From: an uncultured Spirochaetota bacterium
GTDB taxonomy: Bacteria; Spirochaetota; Brevinematia; Brevinematales; JAOACQ01
Reading direction: 5' to 3'
Assembly: GCA_963835575.1 (NCBI GenBank)
Contig: CAWIGG010000005.1
Span: 422,561 to 486,560, forward strand
DNA: 64,000 nucleotides
Position 1 is the stretch's first letter, and every line of letters begins with the position of its first letter. The notes under the pieces were generated by a model, which was not told where the DNA came from, ran no database searches, and was given only the letters and a program-made list of their open reading frames with translations. A program made the translations under genes and the position numbers. Below are positions 1 to 9,782 of the stretch, piece after piece.

Positions 1-1119
1 AGAGATGCTTTCGGAACATGAAAAGCGCGATCAGGACGGCGGAATCCCGGATGAAAAAGGAAAAGAAATGAAACGGATAGAAAAGATATTAAAAAAAGCG
101 GAAAAAATAGAAAGGTTTTTGAAAACCGGACAGCCAAAGAATAAATCGAGGCATGGAGAAAAGCAGTCCAACATAACGGATAACGAGAGCGCGAAGATAA
201 AAAGTTCGCATGGAGTGATACAAGGTTATAACGGACTTTCTGTTGTGGATTCAAAGCATCAGGTGATTACCGCGGCGGAAGCTTTTGGTTTAGGCCAGGA
301 AGGGGAAGTATTGAAGCCGATGGTTGAAATAACGGAGGAAAATTTAAGCGTGATAAAAGGAGAAACAAATCCGCTGGAAGGAAAAACAATACTGGGGGAC
401 ACGAATTATTTCAGCGAAGAAAATCTAAAATATCTGGCGGAAGAAAAGAAGATGGAAGCTGTGATACCGGACAATCAATTTCGAGGGAGGGATGAACGGT
501 TTACCGATCGGGGAAGGTTCAAGCCGAAACCGATGAAATACCGGGAACACGATTTTGAAAAAAATGAAGCTGATAATACTTATATATGCCCGAATGGAAA
601 AATATTAAGCTATAAGGGATACCAGAGGCAATTGAGTAATTTCGGCCATAAATATCAGGCCAGGCAGGCGGATTGTTCAAAATGCGGGAAAAGGGGACAA
701 TGCTTAAAACATCCCGATAAGACAAGGCAAAGAACATTATATCTGGTGGACAAAAGAGGGGATAAAAACTATTCAAAAGAAATGGTAAATAAAATTGATC
801 TGCCGGAAATCAGGGATTTGTACAGCCGGAGGATGGGAATAATTGAGCCGGTATTTGGCAACATCCGTTCTTGTAAAGGTATGGACCGTTTTACGCTCAG
901 GGGTAAGAGTAAGGTTAATATCCAGTGGCTTTTGTTCTGTATAGTGCATAATATTGGTAAAATCCAGATATTTGGTAAGATTTAAGGGGGTGTTCATAGC
1001 CATAATACCGGCTTGAAATTGGAAAAATGGAAAATCCGGATAGAGAAATGAAAAATGATACTCTATCCGGTTATCAGAAGACAGTTTTTATTCTCGTTTT
1101 TGGCTTTTTCGACAGGGTC
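1..1119 (+). mobile_element. IS1182-family insertion sequence, right part (left end outside the window)
   Basis: Transposase 3' part followed by a typical IS1182-like terminus TTTTTCGACAGGGTC ending at 1119. Confidence 0.8.
5..985 (+). CDS. IS1182-family transposase (5'-truncated by the window edge)
   Basis: TDNESAKIK..GYN, CPNGK, CxxCxxxxxC, IIEPVFGNIR..GMDRFTLRG and HNIGK motifs. Confidence 0.9.
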   Translation: MLSEHEKRDQDGGIPDEKGKEMKRIEKILKKAEKIERFLKTGQPKNKSRHGEKQSNITDNESAKIKSSHGVIQGYNGLSVVDSKHQVITAAEAFGLGQEGEVLKPMVEITEENLSVIKGETNPLEGKTILGDTNYFSEENLKYLAEEKKMEAVIPDNQFRGRDERFTDRGRFKPKPMKYREHDFEKNEADNTYICPNGKILSYKGYQRQLSNFGHKYQARQADCSKCGKRGQCLKHPDKTRQRTLYLVDKRGDKNYSKEMVNKIDLPEIRDLYSRRMGIIEPVFGNIRSCKGMDRFTLRGKSKVNIQWLLFCIVHNIGKIQIFGKI

Positions 1120-1144
1120 GTTAGGCGATGGTTTGGCCACCCTT

Positions 1145-1477
1145 TTATTTTCCAAGTAATTTTTCAAAAATAATATCTTCTATATTTCTTCTTCCATCTA
1201 TAACCGCTAAAATAATCACTTCTTTATCTTGAACTCGATAGATTATTCTCCAAGGATTTTCAATTATTTCTCTATATATATCAATACTAAATATTTTCAA
1301 TTCTGGTACAATTCGTCCTTTTAATGGCATATTTGATAATGTAAGTGCTTTGTTCTTAAGTTTATGATATATAGATTTTGATAAATCCTTTTTATCATTA
1401 GCAATATAATCAATTATTTCCATTAAATCATTTTTTGCATCCCGAGTTTTATTATTACAAACCTTTTTAGTTATCAA
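1145..1477 (-). CDS. RelE/ParE-family toxin, orphan, N-terminus possibly damaged
   Basis: AKNDLMEIIDYIA, P..GRIVPEL, YREII..PWRIIYRV, ILAVIDGRR; very AT-rich; TTG start without an obvious RBS. Confidence 0.8.
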   Translation of the reverse strand: MITKKVCNNKTRDAKNDLMEIIDYIANDKKDLSKSIYHKLKNKALTLSNMPLKGRIVPELKIFSIDIYREIIENPWRIIYRVQDKEVIILAVIDGRRNIEDIIFEKLLGK

Positions 1478-1644
1478 TAGTCTGGCCTATACCTGGTTTT
1501 AATATCAAATTGCCCAATCAATTTATTAACCGAAGCGACAATAATGGAATCGGTATTGTTTTCTTGAATTATTTCCTTCCTCAGGTTAGAATATCCAGCC
1601 ATAGGCTGATAGTTAAGTAATATCATCAATTCGGGAGATTTGCA

Positions 1645-3456
1645 ATGAACGAAAAAAATAAAAAAGCAAAATCCGTCGAACCTTTTTTTCTGGTTGTTTT
1701 TATCCTGTCTAATTTTATTATGATTTTTCTTATTTTTGCAATTCTGGAAATAATATTCAGGGCCGCCGGAATCGGCTATTCCACGGATGTTTTTATAAAA
1801 CTGGAATATATGCAGGATTATTATATAGAAAACCCTTATTTTAATAAAAAATACAATAATGATAAATCTATTGATTTTTCTTCAAAACATCTTTTAAAAG
1901 AGGCTTCCCGGTGCATGTTCCTTGTAAAGAAACCGGATAATTATTTAAGGGGATTTGTTCTCGGTGAATCCAGCGTACAAGGCTTTCCGTTCCAGTCCTT
2001 GTTTTCTTTTCCTAATATGACTGAAATTGTTTTGAAAAATTCCGTAAATAAAAAGCATATTGAGCTGATCAATATGGGTTTTACGGGAGTAAGCAGTTTT
2101 TATATCGCTGACGCGGCAAAAAAGCTCCTTAAATACGATCCTGATTTTATTGTCATTTACGCGGGGCATAATGAATATTACGGTACATACAGCCAAACGA
2201 CCGGGGGAAATTATTTTACCAAAAATCTTTCGCTTTTTTTGAAAGAATTCAGAGTCTATCAATGGATTTCTTCCCTTATCCCCTCGGAAAATATTTCCAA
2301 TAAAACTCTTATGTCAAAGCGCTTTAATAATTTGAAAATTTTACCTGATCCTTCTATTGACAAAAGCGTCGCCGGGCAGTTTGTCGCAAATATCGGCAGG
2401 ATAGTGAAAATTTACTCAAAAAGGAAGATCCCTGTGTTTATCATCGAGCCGGTTTGCAATCTAATCGATATGCCTCCCTTTGAAGGAAAGGGTGATGAAG
2501 AATTAAAAGACTTGATTTTACAGTATTATAATTCCATAAAAGAAAAAAGAACAAATGAAACGGCTCTGCTCAGCGCTCAGATTGAAACAAACAAGCTTGC
2601 AAATGAAAATGCGAACATTCTTTATTTGAATGCAGTCAAAAACAAACAGGAAAAAAACAGTAATTATATAAATGATTTTATAACAGCTAAAGATAAGGAT
2701 ATCGTTCCTTTCCGGGTTAAAAGCGAATTGATAAATGAATTACGGGATTTCTACCAGGCCAATAATAAGAAGTATCCGAATATGCGCTATATTCCGCTTT
2801 TTGATAAGCTGACAAACAGCTTTGGAGAAAAGATTCTGGGCAGCGACATCTTTATCGACCATCTGCATTTTAACCATAGAGGCCATTCGATTGTGAGCCG
2901 TTTCCTGGCGGAAAGCATTGCCGAATGCTTTTCTTTAAAGGATTCACTGAATGACATCCTCCGTATCACTGATAATCAGGCGCTTTTTGATAAGCTGAAC
3001 TACTATTTGCCGGCTTATGAAATACAGGCTTACATAAACATAGCTTACTTATTCCGGGATACTCCCTATAAAGAAATGCTCATTCAGTATAATATGGAGA
3101 CTTCCCTTTTAAAAAATAATGAACTCATGCACGATAAAGATTTCAGAAAAGAATTCGATCCTTCCAGACAAATTCTGGCCGCCAGTCCCCCTGAGTTTGT
3201 GGATTTTATGACGGATTTTTATGTCAGGAAAAATGACACCAATAACACATATAAATATCTTATATCCTTTAATATGATGTATCCGGCCGCTCCTGGAGGC
3301 AATATTAATCTTGGGATTTTCCTGGCTTCAAGGACAACGAACAGCCGGAGAGCGATTGAGTATTTTACGAAAGGTTATTATCTTTCGGATAAATCCCCGG
3401 ATGTTCTGGATGTATTTTCAATGTATTTTCCAAAAGAAGCCCGGAGTTTAAAATAA
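1645..3456 (+). CDS. Membrane-anchored SGNH/GDSL hydrolase-like protein with TPR-like C-terminus
   Basis: N-terminal TM helix, LGESSVQG block I, GHNEYYG block III, DHLH block V. Confidence 0.8.
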   Translation: MNEKNKKAKSVEPFFLVVFILSNFIMIFLIFAILEIIFRAAGIGYSTDVFIKLEYMQDYYIENPYFNKKYNNDKSIDFSSKHLLKEASRCMFLVKKPDNYLRGFVLGESSVQGFPFQSLFSFPNMTEIVLKNSVNKKHIELINMGFTGVSSFYIADAAKKLLKYDPDFIVIYAGHNEYYGTYSQTTGGNYFTKNLSLFLKEFRVYQWISSLIPSENISNKTLMSKRFNNLKILPDPSIDKSVAGQFVANIGRIVKIYSKRKIPVFIIEPVCNLIDMPPFEGKGDEELKDLILQYYNSIKEKRTNETALLSAQIETNKLANENANILYLNAVKNKQEKNSNYINDFITAKDKDIVPFRVKSELINELRDFYQANNKKYPNMRYIPLFDKLTNSFGEKILGSDIFIDHLHFNHRGHSIVSRFLAESIAECFSLKDSLNDILRITDNQALFDKLNYYLPAYEIQAYINIAYLFRDTPYKEMLIQYNMETSLLKNNELMHDKDFRKEFDPSRQILAASPPEFVDFMTDFYVRKNDTNNTYKYLISFNMMYPAAPGGNINLGIFLASRTTNSRRAIEYFTKGYYLSDKSPDVLDVFSMYFPKEARSLK

Positions 3457-3635
3457 AAACCGGTAAATTGATTTCTTAAGAATAAAAGCGATGGAATAGC
3501 TCAATAATTTTCTAAAAGCCCGGGATGTATAGTTCTATAATACATTTTTCATCAGAGAGATTGCCGGTAAATTTGATTTTAAATAGAAAGCGGGCTATTA
3601 TAGGGCATCCATTATAAATGAAAACGATGGCATAA

Positions 3636-3681
3636 ATGATTAAATTCCTACTAATAGTATGATTAAATTCATACTAAAAGT
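3636..3681 (+). promoter_or_regulatory. Tandem 23-bp repeat, putative operator
   Basis: ATGATTAAATTCCTACTAATAGT followed directly by ATGATTAAATTCATACTAAAAGT, about 75 bp upstream of the CBM lipoprotein gene. Confidence 0.55.
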
Positions 3682-3756
3682 CCATACCTTTTTTTTAATT
3701 CATTTTTATAATAAAAAAGCGATTATAATATCATAATTTTAATATAGGAGGAAAAA

Positions 3757-4362
3757 ATGGAAAAGGTTATGAAGTTAGGGATTGCGGCTATTTGCTTAGT
3801 TGCTTTAATGTCCTTTGTTTCCTGCGGCGGCGCTGGAGTTAAAAAGGATTCAGGCGAGAAGCTCGGTGATGAAATGGTGAAAGACAGTAATTTCCCGGAT
3901 AATAGTCTTGGAGATTACAGTGTTTACAATGCCTTATCTCAGACCATTAAGGAAGAGATCGGTGGGAAATGGAAATTGCTTCAAAATATGCCGGCAAAAG
4001 GCCATTTTGAGGTGAAAGACGGAGTCTGCAAAATAGTTATTGAATCTCCCGGCAATGATAACTGGCAGGTTCAGTTGACACAGATGCCTGTGGTACTCAA
4101 ATTCGGAAAGAAGTATAAGATGGCTTTTGATGTTAAAGCAGATAAGCCCAGAAAGTTTCAATTTAAAGTCGGAAAGATCGGCGGCGACTGGCTTGCTTAT
4201 TCCGGTCAAAAAGCTTTTGATGCCACAGTTGACTGGCAGACCATAGCTTTTGTTTTTAAATCACTCGGTACTGATGATGTGGCAAGAGTTGAGTTTGAAT
4301 GCAGTAATGATCCGAATGCGCTTTATTTCAAGAATGTTAGTTTAAAACAGGTTTTGGAATAA
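3757..4362 (+). CDS. Carbohydrate-binding (CBM4/9-like) lipoprotein
   Basis: GGAGG RBS, lipobox SFVSC, WQVQLTQ..V.L..GKKY...FDVKADKPR pattern. Confidence 0.8.
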   Translation: MEKVMKLGIAAICLVALMSFVSCGGAGVKKDSGEKLGDEMVKDSNFPDNSLGDYSVYNALSQTIKEEIGGKWKLLQNMPAKGHFEVKDGVCKIVIESPGNDNWQVQLTQMPVVLKFGKKYKMAFDVKADKPRKFQFKVGKIGGDWLAYSGQKAFDATVDWQTIAFVFKSLGTDDVARVEFECSNDPNALYFKNVSLKQVLE

Positions 4363-4400
4363 AAAGAGCCGAGATCAATATCTGATTACTACGTAAGTTA

Positions 4401-4436
4401 AAATCCCCGGAGGATGAATCTTCCGGGGATTTTTTT
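4401..4436 (+). terminator. Intrinsic terminator
   Basis: AAATCCCCGGAGGAT-GA-ATCTTCCGGGGATTT hairpin followed by a T run. Confidence 0.85.
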
Positions 4437-4703
4437 ATTTTCCGGGATATTCAATCTGATAAGAGCTCTTCTAAAAAAATCGAACATGTGTTTGGTTTTA
4501 AATATAATACTTCAGGTGTTTCAAATAACATTAATTCAGGAATTTTCTCTGTTAAGACAGAATATTTTATTAATCTTATAAATTATATTGAACCGCCCTA
4601 ATTATGACAGTGTTTAATCCGTCCTGTAATAAATTGTTGAATTATTTTTTGGATTAAAGCATACTATCGTACTGGCGATGGTATTATCAAAAAGAGGAAT
4701 TTA

Positions 4704-6842
4704 ATGCTCGAGGAACGATCAACTCCATTAAAAAATCATTCCAAAAAAAAATTGACATTCGCGATTTTAAGCGATTGGATTGTATCACCGTATCATATCA
4801 GTATTATTAACAGTGTTCATACTTTTGCAAAACAAAACGGTCTTAATCTATTCTGCTTTATTACGGGAAGGCTTAATGCTCCCGATGATTGGGAGAAAAA
4901 CCGCAATATTTTATTCGAATTTATCACCAAGAAAACCATAGATGGTTTAATTATAATGGCTTCTTCAATAGGCAACTATGTCGGTGTTGAACACTTTTCA
5001 AAATATATTGAACGTTATTCAGATATACCAATTGTTACTATAGGTTCTAAAATAAACGATCAACCTTCCATTATAACGGATAATATAAAAGGAATGAATG
5101 ATTTATTGGATCATTTAATTAAGGTTCATAAATACCGGAAAATCGCTTATATTACAGGTCCAAAGGGTAATCCGGAATCGGAAGCTCGTTTTAAGGTGTA
5201 CTTGGATATTTTAAATAAATATAATATACCTTTTGATGAAAAACTTGTCGTGGAAGGTGATTTCCTTATATTTTCGGGAAGAGAAGCCGTCAAAATATTG
5301 CTGGATAATAGGAAAGTTAATTTTGATGTTATTGTCGCGGCGAACAATACTATGGCTCTTGGAGCGCTGGAGGAATTGACTCTCAGGAAGATAAGAGTGC
5401 CCGATGAAATTGCAGTAGCCGGTTTTGATAATATTGAAGCCAGCGGGCAAGCTTCTTTAACGACGGTAGATCAATCTCTTTCAGATCTGGGCAGAGCAGC
5501 GGCGGAAGTTCTATACCGCCGTGTTACAAATGACAGTAAGGAAACTGATGTCTGCCTTCCTACAGAATTGATAGTACGAGAGACTTGCGGCTGCCGGAAA
5601 GAAAAAGGTATGTCAAAAGAAATAAATTTGCCGGCCCGTTTATTTACAAACCTGAGCGAATCATATATGGAAAAACTGAATGACCTGGGAGAACAGCTTA
5701 TCACAGCATTCGATATTGGCAAGCAATTGAGCATCCTGAAGACAGCCATACCGTTTTTTGAAATTCAAGAATGTTATATAGCGCTTTATTCAAACCCTCA
5801 GGAGCCCATGGAAGAAGCCCGCTTGATTTTTGCTATGCATTCGGGCAAAAAGCTGCCCATTCCAGGGGAAGGAATAATCTTTTCTCCCGGCATGATTATT
5901 CCTGAAAAATATTATAAAGCTCTGGATAGGTCAAGCTATATTATTCAAGGTATTTTTCATGGTTCAGAACAATTGGGTTATTTAATCCTTGATTTCGGAA
6001 CAAAAGAAGGCGTAGTCTATGATACGCTCCGGCAAAAGCTGTCGATTGCCTTGAAAGCGTCAATGATGATCAATAGTATCCGGAATCAAGCACAGAATCT
6101 TGAAGAGGAAGTGAAAAAGAGAACTATTGAACTGATGCGTGTCAATAAAAAATTAACACAGGAAATTCAGGAAAGGAAAAAAGCCGTTGAAAATTTAATT
6201 CGGAGCGAAGAAAGGTTCAGGGAAATCGCTACATTCCTGCCGACTCTTGTTTTTGAAACGGACCTGAATATGAATTTTTTATTTGTCAATAAAGCCGGTT
6301 TTGATATTTTCCAGATTCCTGAAGAAAGCCCTCTTTACAGTTTTTCACTTTTAGATTATATCCATCGGGATGATGAACAGCGTCTTCATGAGTACTGTTC
6401 GCGTATTATTCAGGGAATATCGAGTAATTTTAATGAATTCAGAATTGTTAAAAAGGATAAATCAAAAGTAACGCTTCTTTGCAAAGCGACTCCAATCTTA
6501 AACAGTATGCATATTCAGGGGATGAGATGGAGCGCCATAGATATTAAGCAGATTATGGCATCCATCACTATTCCGGAGGATTCGTTTTTTGTAAAATATA
6601 AGTTGAGTCCCCGGGAAAAAGAAGTGTTTTTGCTGATGCTCCAGGGATTTAAATCAAGGGAGATCGCTAAAAAACTTTTCATAACTGAAAGCACCGTGAA
6701 AAATCATATCGGGGCCATATACGCTGAAATAGGCGTGAAAAACAAAACGGAATTTTTTAACGCGTTAAAAGACTATCAAATTGCCCGCTTTGGGTACGAG
6801 TCGTTTATATTTTCAGTGCTGTCCAACCTGGTGAGGGAATAA
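4704..6842 (+). CDS. Transcriptional regulator: LacI-type sugar-binding domain + PAS + LuxR HTH
   Basis: HKYRKIAYITGP, VAANNTMALG, VAGFDN, LIVRETCGC; PAS after SEERFR; LSPREKEV...SREIAKKLFITESTVKNHI. Confidence 0.88.
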   Translation: MLEERSTPLKNHSKKKLTFAILSDWIVSPYHISIINSVHTFAKQNGLNLFCFITGRLNAPDDWEKNRNILFEFITKKTIDGLIIMASSIGNYVGVEHFSKYIERYSDIPIVTIGSKINDQPSIITDNIKGMNDLLDHLIKVHKYRKIAYITGPKGNPESEARFKVYLDILNKYNIPFDEKLVVEGDFLIFSGREAVKILLDNRKVNFDVIVAANNTMALGALEELTLRKIRVPDEIAVAGFDNIEASGQASLTTVDQSLSDLGRAAAEVLYRRVTNDSKETDVCLPTELIVRETCGCRKEKGMSKEINLPARLFTNLSESYMEKLNDLGEQLITAFDIGKQLSILKTAIPFFEIQECYIALYSNPQEPMEEARLIFAMHSGKKLPIPGEGIIFSPGMIIPEKYYKALDRSSYIIQGIFHGSEQLGYLILDFGTKEGVVYDTLRQKLSIALKASMMINSIRNQAQNLEEEVKKRTIELMRVNKKLTQEIQERKKAVENLIRSEERFREIATFLPTLVFETDLNMNFLFVNKAGFDIFQIPEESPLYSFSLLDYIHRDDEQRLHEYCSRIIQGISSNFNEFRIVKKDKSKVTLLCKATPILNSMHIQGMRWSAIDIKQIMASITIPEDSFFVKYKLSPREKEVFLLMLQGFKSREIAKKLFITESTVKNHIGAIYAEIGVKNKTEFFNALKDYQIARFGYESFIFSVLSNLVRE

Positions 6843-6923
6843 AACCTTTAGTTATTTGTGATAATTCCAACTATTTTTGGTGAGAAAAATATATTGAAAA
6901 TAAATCTGACATTAGCTTTTTCG

Positions 6924-7340
6924 TTAATAAAGATGCCTTATCCTTTCGGGATCATTGAATTTTTCTTCTATATCAAGCCAGACTGGATTTTTCGAATATT
7001 TTCTTATTTTATCCTTACCGAAAAGCCTGAGCAGAAGGGACAAAGGTGTAAATAAAAGATAAAATACAATCGTAAATATAGTGTTTGTCAATATAATACC
7101 GATGATTTTTCCTATTGAAGTGACCGTAATATAAAAAGGAAATACACCTTCCACATAAAAAAAACCGCAAATAAGATGATAGGCGAGTAAAAAAGAGATG
7201 ATCGTTATAAAAACAACAGGGAAGTTTTTTAATAACGCAATAATAAGTAAAAGAGCCATCCCCGCTGAAAATGAAAAAGCGAATTTTTTATAATTTATCA
7301 GTTTTTCTTTGATCAATCTTTTATCAACGATTTTTTCCAT
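6924..7340 (-). CDS. SxtJ-family membrane protein
   Basis: TM helices, FYLLFTPLSLLLRLFGKD motif, overlaps the 3' end of the carbamoyltransferase gene. Confidence 0.75.
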   Translation of the reverse strand: MEKIVDKRLIKEKLINYKKFAFSFSAGMALLLIIALLKNFPVVFITIISFLLAYHLICGFFYVEGVFPFYITVTSIGKIIGIILTNTIFTIVFYLLFTPLSLLLRLFGKDKIRKYSKNPVWLDIEEKFNDPERIRHLY

Positions 7341-9133
7341 TGCCCGATCTCCTTATATTCCGGCTGATCTTCTTTATATAATATATAGCTGCCGATAGCC
7401 AGCATATCAATATTTGTTCCCATAAAACAGCGGTAAGCGTCGGCCGGGGAAGAAACAATCGGTTCACCCCTGACGTTAAAAGAAGTGTTTATAATAAGAG
7501 GACAGCCGCTGGTTCTTTCGAACTCTTTAATCAGCTCATAAAACAGCTTGTTATTTTTTTCCGAGACAGTCTGCAGGCGTGCTGTGTTGTCCAGGTGCGT
7601 CACGGCCGGTATGACGGACCTTTTTACTTTCAGTAGTTCTAAACCTTTTTTTCCCGAAAGATCGGCGCGGATGAGCTTATCGGGTTTGACGCCGGCTGTA
7701 AAGAGCATATAAGGCGACGGTCCGTCCCAGATAAAGTAATCGCGGGTATTTTCCTCAAGAACCGTGGGAGCGAACGGCCGGAAAGACTCGCGGAATTTTA
7801 TCTTGAGGTTCATCTTGCTCTGCATTTCTTCGGAACGGGCATCCCCGAGGATTGACCTGCTCCCGAGCGCGCGGGGCCCGAATTCCATTCTTCCCTGGAA
7901 CCAGCCGACAACTTTCTGGTTATTGATTTCTTTCGCGGCAAGAGCGGCCAATTCTTTTCCGGATACTTTTTTATAAACGGCGCCCAGGCGCTTCAATTCT
8001 TCCTCAATCTCATCGTCTGTATAACCAGGGCCCAGATAAGATCCTTTTTGAAAATCCCGCTTTTCGTCGGCGACGCGTTTATTATCCAGATAGCTGTAAT
8101 GGACATAAAGAGCGGAGCCGAGGGCGCATCCGGCGTCTCCCGCCGCGGGCTGGACCCAGACATCTTTAAAAGACGCTTCTTCTTTAATCCGCGAATTGGC
8201 TACGCAGTTCAGTCCGACCCCGCCGGCTATGCAGAGTTTGTCCATGCCGGTTATTTTTTTTGCTTCAAGGGCGATTTTAACAAGTATCTCATTAAACAGC
8301 TCCTGGATGGAAGCGGCGATATCCATATAAAACTGATCGGGCTGTCCGTCAGGCTTTAAGGCCGGCCTGCCGAATAGCTTTTCGAAACGGCGGCTGATCA
8401 TTTTCAGGCCGGAGATATAATTGAAATATTTTTCGTTCATAAGATAAGAACCATCATCTGCCCTACAGATCAGTTCTTTCTTTATTAAATCGAGATAGAC
8501 CGGCTTCCCGTAAGGGGCCAGCCCCATCAGCTTGTATTCGCCCGAATTGACGCGGAAACCGCAATAATAAGTAAAGGCGGAATAAAGCAGCCCTAGTGAA
8601 TGGGGAAATTCTATTTTTTTCAGGAGTTTGATCTTATTGCCCTCACCGGCGCCTATTGTTGTGGTTATCCATTCGCCGGCCCCGTCTATTGTGATAACAG
8701 CTGCTTTTTCGAACGGCGAAGGGAAAAAAGCGCTGGCGGCATGGGATTGATGGTGCTCGGTGAATAAAACCTCTTTCTTATATTTCAATTCCTTGCAGAT
8801 TGTATCTTCCACCCAGAGTTTTGATTTAAGCCAGAGAGGAACTGCTTTCAGAAAAGAAAGTAGTCCTTTCGGCGCGGAATGGATATAAGATGCCAGGATT
8901 CTGTCAAATTTAAGAACGGGCTTGTCGTAAAAGACGACATGATCGACTTCCTCAGCCCGGATACCGCCCTCTTTCAGACAATACTCAATAGCCCGGACAG
9001 GGAAAGAAGCATCGCCCTTTTTCCGTGAAAAACGCTCTTCCTGCGCGGCCGCTATTATTTCACCATTCCGGACCAGGCAGGCCGCGGAATCATGATAGAA
9101 GGCTGAAATTCCAAGGATTGATACATTTTTCAT
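7313..9133 (-). CDS. O-carbamoyltransferase (NodU/CmcH/SxtI family)
   Basis: LGISAFYHDSAA, QEERFSR, EHHQSHAASAF, GEYKLMGLAPYG, EFGPRALG, NTSFNVRGEP. Confidence 0.95.
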   Translation of the reverse strand: MKNVSILGISAFYHDSAACLVRNGEIIAAAQEERFSRKKGDASFPVRAIEYCLKEGGIRAEEVDHVVFYDKPVLKFDRILASYIHSAPKGLLSFLKAVPLWLKSKLWVEDTICKELKYKKEVLFTEHHQSHAASAFFPSPFEKAAVITIDGAGEWITTTIGAGEGNKIKLLKKIEFPHSLGLLYSAFTYYCGFRVNSGEYKLMGLAPYGKPVYLDLIKKELICRADDGSYLMNEKYFNYISGLKMISRRFEKLFGRPALKPDGQPDQFYMDIAASIQELFNEILVKIALEAKKITGMDKLCIAGGVGLNCVANSRIKEEASFKDVWVQPAAGDAGCALGSALYVHYSYLDNKRVADEKRDFQKGSYLGPGYTDDEIEEELKRLGAVYKKVSGKELAALAAKEINNQKVVGWFQGRMEFGPRALGSRSILGDARSEEMQSKMNLKIKFRESFRPFAPTVLEENTRDYFIWDGPSPYMLFTAGVKPDKLIRADLSGKKGLELLKVKRSVIPAVTHLDNTARLQTVSEKNNKLFYELIKEFERTSGCPLIINTSFNVRGEPIVSSPADAYRCFMGTNIDMLAIGSYILYKEDQPEYKEIGQWKKSLIKD

Positions 9134-9139
9134 GACGGA

Positions 9140-9298
9140 TTAAAAAAGCGAATATATAAAAGGCGCCAGAGCCTGCGATTGTGAAATCAGGACCGCAATA
9201 CCGACGAGGAAAAGGATTATGAGAAGCGGAATAAGCCAGAGCTTTTTATTTTCACGGACATACTGAAAAAATTCCTTTATCAAACGAGCCTTTGACAT
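9140..9298 (-). CDS. DUF5989 / SxtK-like small membrane protein (52 aa, absent from the ORF track)
   Basis: MSKARLIKEFFQYVRENKKLWLIPLLIILFLVGIAVLISQSQALAPFIYSLF with GGAGG RBS; KK.WL.P and APFIY.LF signature. Confidence 0.9.
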   Translation of the reverse strand: MSKARLIKEFFQYVRENKKLWLIPLLIILFLVGIAVLISQSQALAPFIYSLF

Positions 9299-9410
9299 TG
9301 TGAAACCTCCATTAAGCAATAAATTTTAACGTCCTGTAATAGAATTTGCAAATTTTACATTTTATCCGGTTTACCCTATAATTTTTTTCTTAATTAATTG
9401 ATCAATAGTT

Positions 9411-9751
9411 GGCCACAGAATGGCACGGAATAACACCGAAAGCAATTAGGGCAGTTCCAAAAACTCAAAATCAATCAGATATTTCCAACATAGGTTTTGG
9501 AACTGTCCCGGTTATAGAATCTCTTGTAAATTTAATTGACGCTACCGTATAGAGTTCGCTGGTTGATGATCTTTTCAGACAGCGAACTCGGGCGGTAGCA
9601 TGAACTCATATAATAGCGGCAGTTCTAAATATTTGAGTTTTTAGAACTGCCCATTAGTAATTGGCGTGATCTGGTTTTTTTGATATTATTAAGTGTGAAT
9701 TTAAAAGGATAATATTTTTAATTTTGTGAGCTTCCGTGTGATTCTGTGGCC
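9411..9751. repeat. Nested palindromic miniature elements
   Basis: Outer IR GGCCACAGAAT..CACGGAA (9411-9430 / 9732-9751); inner IR GGGCAGTTCYAAAAACTCAAA (9449-9469 / 9632-9652); central hairpin 9541-9599. Confidence 0.7.
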
Positions 9752-9782
9752 GAATAACTGTTTATCAAAAAAGGAGAACTTT

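Noticed and set aside
1124..1143. GGCGATGG resembling a fluoride riboswitch start
   Set aside because: The remaining conserved elements are absent and no suitable gene lies downstream on this strand
6924..9298. Saxitoxin biosynthesis
   Set aside because: Only the widespread sxtIJK-like trio is present; no sxtA, sxtG or other core genes
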